DNA from: Puniceicoccales bacterium
GTDB taxonomy: Bacteria; Verrucomicrobiota; Verrucomicrobiia; Opitutales; LL51
Assembly (NCBI GenBank): GCA_031283585.1
Contig: JAITBP010000001.1
Coordinates: 1 to 32,000, forward strand
Direction: 5' to 3'
Length of the DNA stretch: 32,000 bases
Shown: positions 25,365 to 32,000 of the stretch, in pieces
Position numbering within the stretch: the first letter of the stretch is position 1
Layout: every line of letters begins with the position of its first letter
The notes under the pieces: generated by a model
Seen by the model: the letters and a program-made list of their open reading frames with translations, nothing else
The model's database searches: none
Told to the model about the DNA's origin: nothing
Translations under genes and position numbers: made by a program

Positions 25365-27761
25365 ATAGGTGGTATTTTTCTCAATGGCTGCTTGGATTTT
25401 TTCAAAAGCCAGATTTACTGCTTCTGATTCAAGGGTTTTTTCAATTGGTCTGAAACTTAGTTCAAATGATAGACTCTTTGAATCCGGTGGTAGGCCTTCG
25501 CCTCTATAGATATCAAACAGGTTGATTTCTTCTAAAAAGAAACTGTTATCACAGGCAGCTTTGGCCATAGTGCTTAACTTATCTGTCACAACAGCAACTG
25601 GTTCGGAGCTACTGACCAGTAGTGAAATGTCCCGCAGAGCCCTGGGCAGTGGAGAAAACTTTTTGTATCGATGGATTTTTGGATTATCGCTAATTGCTGA
25701 GAAATCAGCGATAAGTTCAGCGGCAATAACCGGCAGGCCTATTTTGTGTGAATTGCATACTTTGTAATCAATGTACCCGACCCGCAGGCAGTAGGAATTC
25801 TTATCGATGTCACCAACGTAGGCCGAGTAATTTTTTTGCCAAAACCTATTATTTAGTTCCAAGAAAAGAGGATGGGTCTCGATGCCTGCCAGTCCAGCAA
25901 TGGCCAGTATTAGCTGCTTGGCGTCGTAAAAATTTGGCTTTTTATGCGCTAGCCAGGATCTTTTAAGGCTTTCTGTCAGAATTACAAAGGCTACCGATAT
26001 GGCTTCGGTTAAAATATTATCTTTGCAGCGAAACACGTTACCAATCTCGAAGAGTCGCTGAGGGTTATTGCCGTTCTGGATATTATACCTGATGGTTTTT
26101 AGCAAGCCAGGCAACAGCGATGGCCTCAGATGGGTTTGATCATCCAGCAATGGATTTGCAAGTTTTAACCCAGTGACGGAGGAAGTTATTGATTCCAGGT
26201 CGTTGATGGCCAGGAGCGTATAGTTATAGCATTCGTTGAAGTTATTGTTTGCCAGAAAAATTCCGGCATTTTTTGTAAATTCTGAGATTTTATCAGATTT
26301 CCTATTAGAGACTTTTGTAACAAATTGCGTCTTTGGAATCCGATCGGTTCCGTGTATACGTAGAATTTCTTCCACCAGATCGATGGGCCTGGTTACTTCC
26401 CAACGAAACGTTGGCACAGAGACTGTTATGGTACCATTTCCTGACTCAACCACACCATACTGCAGACGCTTTAGCAGGGAAAGAATCTCTTCATCATCTA
26501 TTTTAAATCCAAGAGTTTTTCTGACAAAATCCAGAGAAAGATCTATGGCAACGGCTTTCCTCCTGTTGTTGTCAACAACCAGGCAAGGTTCCTGGAGTTC
26601 GCCGCCGCATATTTCTAGTATCATGTTGACAGCCAATGCTCCAGCATCCGGGGTAAAATCAGAGTCTATTTCCCTGGAGTAGCGATAGGAGCTGTCGGTG
26701 TTTATTCCGAGTTTTCTTGCCGTTCGGTAGACTTTATTGGCATCGAAATAGGCACTTTCCAGTAGAATATCTGTGGTGTGGCTGTCTATGCAGGAATCAC
26801 TTCCGCCGATTATACCGGCTATGGCCAGTGCTCGGTTTGTATCGGCAATTACCGTATCATCGCTATCCATTTGATATTCGATTGAATCCAATGCAAGGAT
26901 TTTTTCACCGCTATGTGCTTTGCGCACAATTATTTTGTTGTCGGTTATTTTTGATAGATCAAAGGCATGAAGCGGTTGTCCGAAGGAAAACATGATCCAA
27001 TTCGTTATGTCCACTAGATTATTTATCGTTTTTACTCCAATGGACTTTAGGTCTCGGATCAGCCAGGCCGGCGCCGGCCCAATTCTAACTCCTGAGATCT
27101 TCCAAGCCGAGTAGTATTTACAACAATCCGAGGAGATATCTACGGAAAATGAATTCCCGTTGGCCTTGGGAGTGGGCTTCGAAACCCGGCGAGGTTTTAA
27201 TGTCAGATTGTGGTATGCGGCCAGCTCTCGCGCGACACCATGATGACAGAGCACATCACCCCGGTTTGCCGTTAGACTCAATTCAAAGGTAATATCTTCG
27301 GGGTCAAATAGTTCGTGAAATTTTTTGCCGATGGGTGTGTTTTTTTCGAGAATTAGCAGCCCGGAGTGATCGTTGGTCAATCCTAGCTCCATGCCGCTGC
27401 ACATCATACCATCTGATGGAATGCCCCTCAGGTTGGATTTTTTGATTTTCGTACCATCGGGAAGAACTGTTCCGGGCAGTGCCACCGGTACATGATCATT
27501 GAGTTTGAAGTTATTTGCGCCACAGACGATCTGCCTTGTATCATTTGATCCGACCATCACCTCGCATAGGCTAAGCCGTTCAGCATTAGGATGTTTCCCT
27601 ATTTTTATTATCTCGCCGACCACCAGCGTATCCTGAGGTTTTATTTCTTCACCGGAAATCGACTCTACCTCCAGGCCTAGATTAATAAGAGAATCCGTCA
27701 GTTCATCTTTTGTAACCTCAATATCAATAAATTTCTTTAGCCACTTTAAATTTATTTTCAT
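25341..27761 (-). CDS. pheT: Phenylalanine--tRNA ligase beta subunit
   Basis: 806 aa. The N-terminus is MKINLKWLKKFIDI...LINLGLEVE. A tRNA-binding OB domain is present (VVGEIIKIGKHPNAERLSLCEV...QIVCGA.N), followed by B3/4, B5 and C-terminal FDX-ACB-like domains (PRALRDISLLV...LFDIYRGEGLP..KSLSF.L.FR). Confidence 0.93.
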   Translation of the reverse strand: MKINLKWLKKFIDIEVTKDELTDSLINLGLEVESISGEEIKPQDTLVVGEIIKIGKHPNAERLSLCEVMVGSNDTRQIVCGANNFKLNDHVPVALPGTVLPDGTKIKKSNLRGIPSDGMMCSGMELGLTNDHSGLLILEKNTPIGKKFHELFDPEDITFELSLTANRGDVLCHHGVARELAAYHNLTLKPRRVSKPTPKANGNSFSVDISSDCCKYYSAWKISGVRIGPAPAWLIRDLKSIGVKTINNLVDITNWIMFSFGQPLHAFDLSKITDNKIIVRKAHSGEKILALDSIEYQMDSDDTVIADTNRALAIAGIIGGSDSCIDSHTTDILLESAYFDANKVYRTARKLGINTDSSYRYSREIDSDFTPDAGALAVNMILEICGGELQEPCLVVDNNRRKAVAIDLSLDFVRKTLGFKIDDEEILSLLKRLQYGVVESGNGTITVSVPTFRWEVTRPIDLVEEILRIHGTDRIPKTQFVTKVSNRKSDKISEFTKNAGIFLANNNFNECYNYTLLAINDLESITSSVTGLKLANPLLDDQTHLRPSLLPGLLKTIRYNIQNGNNPQRLFEIGNVFRCKDNILTEAISVAFVILTESLKRSWLAHKKPNFYDAKQLILAIAGLAGIETHPLFLELNNRFWQKNYSAYVGDIDKNSYCLRVGYIDYKVCNSHKIGLPVIAAELIADFSAISDNPKIHRYKKFSPLPRALRDISLLVSSSEPVAVVTDKLSTMAKAACDNSFFLEEINLFDIYRGEGLPPDSKSLSFELSFRPIEKTLESEAVNLAFEKIQAAIEKNTTYLIRNGHR

Positions 27762-27818
27762 TATTCGCTGTTTATCTATCTCAAGTTTTAGCTGTAATGC
27801 AATATAATTTGCTGCAAA

Positions 27819-29021
27819 TCACCTCAGTCTGATTGATCTGCCGATAAAATAAAATCCCAGCATGCCTATCAAAATCATCCCCATGGATATCTTACCAACG
27901 GTGGCTGGACTGCTCTGGGTTAGCAAAAAGTATCCAATACCTGGCGATATGAAATTTCTAAGGCCGACCACCGCTGTGTCAGCACTCATATATTCACTTA
28001 ACTTATTATCTGGGGCTATCTTAGTAACCCAAAGACTCCAGGCAATTAGGCCGCCGCCGTAGCCTAGGCCGAGGAAAACACTGGCCAGAGCAATGGAAAA
28101 TGTGTCTCTGGTTGTTAGAAACAATGGAACGCCTATTAGATAGCATAGATTTACCAATTGCTTCATGGTAACGAATTTGAATCTATCAAAAATTATTCCC
28201 CAACACTGGGAACTTATAATTCGCAAAGCAGATGGTATGATTACTATAAAGCATGCCACGGTTTGATTGGAAAGATTCATCCCGTATTTTTTATTGACTA
28301 GATACTCCACGCGCAATGGTATGGTCATCTGATTGGCGATACCTATCAATGTCCAGCACAACAGGATGCATCCAAATAACCTGTCCTTCCAAATCAGGTG
28401 AAAATTTTCCAATAATTTTCTGCTATTTACATTTGGCAAAGGTTTTGATGGTATGCCGAGAAATGACAGACCGCATAGCAATGATGCCACAGCAGCAATG
28501 GCGAGTACCACTCTGAAGTTTGCTAAGTCTTTATCTAATAATGCACTACTTATTTCTGAAAAGACCAGGCCAGAAATCGCCATGAAAGTCATCGAAAGAC
28601 CAAGCCTGGCTCCTCTTTCCTCTTTTGTGTAATTTTGACTATAGATGTCTATGGTTATGGATACCGGTTGCTTATAGATAAATCTGGAGATTGCCGAGAA
28701 GATGAAATACATTTGCCAGCAGTTAGAGATGGCCGATAATGATATTGCTATCGATATAATTAGGAAAAAGATACAGCACATGGTGGTGATTTTTAATCCG
28801 GATCGGCAGGTAAGTTTTTGTGTTATTGGTGCCACAAGCATGCCCGAGAACCCAATGGTTTCGAGCAATGCCTTCATTTCGGTGGGCATATGAAATTGTC
28901 TTATTGCTATGAGAAGCATAAGTGTCCTAAACTCTACATCTACAATGCCCTGCAGTGCGCATCGGATGGAGTCATGCCTGAACATACGCCTGGACAGCGT
29001 TAGTTGATCTGCTTGTTGCAT
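27819..29021 (-). CDS. MFS-type transporter (putative)
   Basis: 400 aa with ~11-12 hydrophobic helices in two halves separated by a central loop (PLPNVNSRKLLENFHLIWKDR). The assignment rests on topology only. The start could instead be the ATG at 28985, which would remove the 22-nt overlap with the upstream TPR gene. Confidence 0.5.
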   Translation of the reverse strand: MQQADQLTLSRRMFRHDSIRCALQGIVDVEFRTLMLLIAIRQFHMPTEMKALLETIGFSGMLVAPITQKLTCRSGLKITTMCCIFFLIISIAISLSAISNCWQMYFIFSAISRFIYKQPVSITIDIYSQNYTKEERGARLGLSMTFMAISGLVFSEISSALLDKDLANFRVVLAIAAVASLLCGLSFLGIPSKPLPNVNSRKLLENFHLIWKDRLFGCILLCWTLIGIANQMTIPLRVEYLVNKKYGMNLSNQTVACFIVIIPSALRIISSQCWGIIFDRFKFVTMKQLVNLCYLIGVPLFLTTRDTFSIALASVFLGLGYGGGLIAWSLWVTKIAPDNKLSEYMSADTAVVGLRNFISPGIGYFLLTQSSPATVGKISMGMILIGMLGFYFIGRSIRLR

Positions 29022-29407
29022 GACTTCGTTTTATTCATTCTCTTACTAGAAACCATGTCTTTGAATTTTTGACAACTTCTCAGCGAATCTAGATCGGTGT
29101 CGTCATTGAGCCATTGCCAATCATTGTAGCCAAGTTCAATGGCCCGGGTGATCTCCAGAATGGCTCCGGTTTTTTTACCTATCAGCGCTAAGCTACAGGC
29201 GAGATTATAATGTGCTATAGGACTTGTTGGATCAAGCTTGACATATCTTCTATCCATTTTCACACTCTTTTTCAGATCGCCGCTTTCAGAGTATAACCTG
29301 GATAATAGGCGAACAATCTCGATGTCATTTTTCCTTTTTGCGTAAAGATCTTCGTAAAATTTTTTGTAAAAATCCATGTCGCTAGAGTACATACCGACCT
29401 CCATCAT
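29000..29407 (-). CDS. Small TPR-repeat protein
   Basis: 135 aa. TPR-like helices are present (LLSRLYSESGDLKKSVKMDRRYVKLDPTSPIAHYNLACSLALIGKKTGAILEITRAIELGY), ending in the common terminal pattern WLNDDTDLDSLRSCQKFKDMV. It lies 68 nt downstream of the secretin gene. Confidence 0.6.
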   Translation of the reverse strand: MMEVGMYSSDMDFYKKFYEDLYAKRKNDIEIVRLLSRLYSESGDLKKSVKMDRRYVKLDPTSPIAHYNLACSLALIGKKTGAILEITRAIELGYNDWQWLNDDTDLDSLRSCQKFKDMVSSKRMNKTKSCNKQIN

Positions 29408-29475
29408 TACATGATCAGGTTAATGGCTAAAAAGCAAGCACATATTCGTGGATATATTACATATTTTAATAGGTC

Positions 29476-31734
29476 TTACCAGCGACGACGACGACGATGT
29501 ATGTCCGTAGCCGTGGGTTCCTTCGAATTGGATCCTTCTTCTTTGGAGGTTGATGTGGATTTTTTGGACAAGTTTTTCAGTTTTTTTTCTGCAATTTTTT
29601 CCCTACGTTCTTTTCTACGTTTCTTTAGCTGTTCTTTTTTTTCTTTTTCCTTACGCTTTTTTTCCTCTTTTTTAGCAGCTCTGTTTTTGATCCTACGTTC
29701 TTCTTTGGTGGTCTTGTAGTCTTTTTCTTTGTAGTCATGAAGCAGGTTAAATTCTTTGGAATCCATGGTTGCTTCGCCGGATAGGTGGCTGTCGTTAAAA
29801 AATCTATTATACCTTTTATCCGCCTGGCTTTCTAGCTTTATTACCTTTGGGGTGATTAAATATATTCGTTCCAGGATGTTATTGGAATTCATTTTATTTT
29901 TGAATATATTTCCCAAAATTGGTATGTCCTTGAGGATTGGTATGCCGGTATCACCCTTATCGTGTTGCTCATGGAAGTAGCCACCAATGAAAAGACTTTG
30001 GCCTTCGTAGAGCACGGCTTCGGTATTGATAGAACTGGTACTTGTGGTTGGCGTTCCTGAGGCTCCGAACCTTGGATCTTTGTCCACAGAACCATCGGAT
30101 ACTTCCACGAGTAATTTTATTTTTGGATTCCCTTCTTCGTCGAACTCTTCTGGTATTATATGGGGAACGACCACGAGTTTCGTAGAAGCTGTCACATCAT
30201 ATAGGCCCTGGGATTCTTTGCCAGAAACCTGTACATATACGGTGTTTGAGCGATCTATTACAGCGGCTATGTTATCTACGGTTAACACGGATGGTCTGGC
30301 TAGGGTTTGGGCATCACCGGCTTCTTCCAGTGCCTGGATCGTTGCTGTTAGGGTATAGTTTTTGAAGATACCATTGATACTTGCTTTCGATTTTTCATTA
30401 TCTGCTGGATTGAACAGGGCTTCCAATCTAGGGCCCTTTAGTTCTAGGAGATTTGTACCAAATTGCTCTGTAATACCTTTGCGTATGTCTACTATGGCCA
30501 CATCGATCCTTATGGCCTGCTGGGGCACATCGAGTTGCTCGATAAGGTTTCCTAGCAGCTCCATGTCCTGTTTTTTAGCTTTTACGATGACTGAATTTAA
30601 CCTGGAATCATAGGTTATGAATATATCTTTCCAGGATTTTTCGACTTTTGTACCATCATCGCCCTCTTTTGTACCATTACTATTGGTAGCTTTGGTGGCT
30701 TTGGAATTTTCATTTTCATCGCTGTTTTTCTTGGATTTATCGTAGTCGGGCTTAAAGTAATTGCAATTGTCCGTCAGGTCTTTCACCGCCGTGGCCTTAT
30801 GGACATTCTTACTGTTGATAGCTACACCTATGTTGGTATCACCGATGGCCCCTGGTTTATTATACAGTAGGGCTTGCAACATGGTTGCGACGCCTGGGAT
30901 TGTTACAGATCCGCCTTTATAATTAAACGACATGTCGTAGGCCCAGGCATTTTTTAATCTAAACGATTTTATGTCATAGATATCTGTCATGCGTTCCACA
31001 ATTATTTTTGATGATAGATCTGAAATAACTTCCATCAGTTTTGGTGGGCCGCTGACCACCAGTATGCCTGATTTTTCCATGGGTCTAAAGGAAAAATTTG
31101 AACTGGAAAACCCTAGCTGGCTCATGACTTTTGCCAAAGAACGCATTTCGTCCGAGCTCATTTTCCATACATTTGATAGGATTTCGTTGCCTTTGTACAC
31201 ATATAAAATACTGCCATCAAAGAGCCAGGTGAGACCGTAGGCCTGGGTTATGTCGTGCCAAAATTGTTTCGGCACCACATTGCTAAATTTACCATTTACT
31301 ATGTCGGTTATCTTCTCACTTACTACCACCTCTACGCCCTGCATGGCACAGAAATTTTTTATTAATTCTGTGAGCTGCTGATCCTTGGAGAAATGATAAT
31401 AGTTAGAATCTTTCCAAGGAATTCCGTCATCGGAGGATTTAACCGGACTGACTATCATGCCATAGTCATTTTCTATGGTACCTTGTATTGTGCTGCAGAT
31501 CAATTCCTTGTCGTCATTAACCTTCTTGGCCTCCTGGCTAGATGTTTTTGGGAGGACATTTTCGGTTTTGTTATCGACGGTTTCTTTGGCTTTGTTTACC
31601 TGATCGGCTTCAGCTTTATGTACCACGGCTGGTGTCGGTGTACCGGATGGGTTTTCACTGGTTTTCTGCAAAGCAGAGGCACATGCATCTGTGAAGAGAC
31701 ATATTAGACATAAGCATGTTGGTATGTAGTTCAT
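29476..31734 (-). CDS. sctC: Type III secretion system outer-membrane secretin (SctC/YscC/InvG family) with a long N-terminal extension and a highly charged C-terminal tail
   Basis: The T3SS-type N0 domain is LTELIKNFCAMQGVEVVVSEKITDIVNGKFSNVVPKQFWHDITQAYGLTWLFDGSILYVYKGNE. SFRLKNAWAYDMSF...IPGVATMLQALL follows. The C-terminal secretin core is IQALEEAGDAQTLARPSVLTVDN...SLFIGGY...IPILKDIPILGNIFK...RIYLITPKVI. I prefer the ATG at 31734 (MNYIPTCLCLICLFTDACASA, a signal peptide) over the track start at 31863, which overlaps the upstream ORF. Confidence 0.85.
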   Translation of the reverse strand: MNYIPTCLCLICLFTDACASALQKTSENPSGTPTPAVVHKAEADQVNKAKETVDNKTENVLPKTSSQEAKKVNDDKELICSTIQGTIENDYGMIVSPVKSSDDGIPWKDSNYYHFSKDQQLTELIKNFCAMQGVEVVVSEKITDIVNGKFSNVVPKQFWHDITQAYGLTWLFDGSILYVYKGNEILSNVWKMSSDEMRSLAKVMSQLGFSSSNFSFRPMEKSGILVVSGPPKLMEVISDLSSKIIVERMTDIYDIKSFRLKNAWAYDMSFNYKGGSVTIPGVATMLQALLYNKPGAIGDTNIGVAINSKNVHKATAVKDLTDNCNYFKPDYDKSKKNSDENENSKATKATNSNGTKEGDDGTKVEKSWKDIFITYDSRLNSVIVKAKKQDMELLGNLIEQLDVPQQAIRIDVAIVDIRKGITEQFGTNLLELKGPRLEALFNPADNEKSKASINGIFKNYTLTATIQALEEAGDAQTLARPSVLTVDNIAAVIDRSNTVYVQVSGKESQGLYDVTASTKLVVVPHIIPEEFDEEGNPKIKLLVEVSDGSVDKDPRFGASGTPTTSTSSINTEAVLYEGQSLFIGGYFHEQHDKGDTGIPILKDIPILGNIFKNKMNSNNILERIYLITPKVIKLESQADKRYNRFFNDSHLSGEATMDSKEFNLLHDYKEKDYKTTKEERRIKNRAAKKEEKKRKEKEKKEQLKKRRKERREKIAEKKLKNLSKKSTSTSKEEGSNSKEPTATDIHRRRRRW

Positions 31735-31753
31735 ATCATTTACATTGTGCAAC

Positions 31754-32000
31754 TTAGTATGGCTGTAGGGATTGAATTGGTATTTGTTGGGTTGTCGTTG
31801 CGTCGGCCCAAAAAGATAGATTAGACACAAAGGATTCGGCTTGATGAATGATTTCACAATCATCGATATGCTTTAGTCCAAGCCGCCGTATAATCAGTAG
31901 CTTTTGCTGGGCCATATCGATAGAAACCACATCGTTGTTGTCTTTTAATCGACCAAAATTCCATTGAAGGATTTTTTTTAAAACCGATTCAGATTGTTTG
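31754..32000 (-). CDS. Partial CDS (C-terminal 81 codons of a gene entering from the right edge), hypothetical
   Basis: I translated it myself: ...KQSESVLKKILQWNFGRLKDNNDVVSIDMAQQKLLIIRRLGLKHIDDCEIIHQAESFVSNLSFWADATTTQQIPIQSLQPY, with stop TAA at 31756-31754, 19 nt upstream of the preferred sctC start. It is open-ended and therefore absent from the track. Confidence 0.4.
   Translation of the reverse strand, partial: KQSESVLKKILQWNFGRLKDNNDVVSIDMAQQKLLIIRRLGLKHIDDCEIIHQAESFVSNLSFWADATTTQQIPIQSLQPY

Noticed and set aside
29000-29407. TPR protein downstream of sctC as a class II T3SS chaperone or pilotin
   Set aside because: The sequence matches the generic short TPR-protein pattern (…YNLACSLALIGK…WLNDDTDLDSLR…F). 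It has no lipobox or signal peptide, as a pilotin would, and nothing specific to SycD/LcrH-type chaperones. Adjacency alone is not enough.
29411-29719. 102-aa + strand ORF rich in Phe, Ser, Leu and Arg
   Set aside because: It is the mirror image of the purine-rich stretch encoding the secretin Lys/Glu/Arg tail. Its composition is explained by that.
31735-31863. 43-codon N-terminal extension of the secretin ORF (MIVKSFIKPNPL…)
   Set aside because: It overlaps the 3' end of the upstream open frame (stop at 31754). The signal peptide begins at the internal Met (31734).

Overview
This is an AT-rich bacterial chromosomal window (judged by eye, not computed), densely packed with housekeeping genes.

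**Gene content, in order:**
- An open-ended exported hypothetical gene, then tRNA-Met(CAU).
- An NrdA-like ribonucleotide reductase large subunit, lysS and miaB.
- An O-antigen-ligase-like membrane protein, then rpoD and dnaG as an adjacent operon pair.
- A 691-aa exported hypothetical protein and an RluA-family pseudouridine synthase.
- A second CAU-anticodon tRNA that looks like tRNA-Ile2.
- A MATE transporter, an orphan acyl carrier protein, ruvB, trxB and a CPBP intramembrane protease.
- A 3-beta-HSD/NSDHL-family dehydrogenase, gmhB-like phosphatase, ftsY and tRNA-Phe.
- A small exported hypothetical protein, pheT, an MFS transporter and a TPR protein.
- A type III secretion secretin (SctC), with a further partial ORF at the right edge.

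I saw no rRNA, CRISPR array, transposase, integrase or phage genes, and no recognisable defence system.

**Likely organism.** A multi-ATP-cone NrdA, an SctC with a long N-terminal extension sitting away from other recognisable T3SS genes, and pheT without pheS are reminiscent of Chlamydiae/PVC-type host-associated bacteria. That assignment is unverified.

**Most interesting observations:**
1. The NrdA homologue has lost nearly every catalytic and radical-transfer residue in a by-eye alignment, and has no adjacent nrdB.
2. DnaG has lost three of the four zinc-ribbon ligands. The GmhB-like protein also lacks its Cys/His zinc loop.
3. SctC carries an unusual ~85-aa Lys/Arg/Glu tail ending in RRRRRW.
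4. Several Sec-signal-bearing hypothetical proteins carry polybasic low-complexity segments.
5. A perfect 23-bp palindrome overlaps the start codon of an exported-protein gene next to tRNA-Phe.
6. A palindromic motif is shared by two promoter regions.
7. One region between ftsY and tRNA-Phe has an ambiguous, possibly frameshifted reading frame.

All homology statements come from motif recognition by eye. None has been checked by a search.
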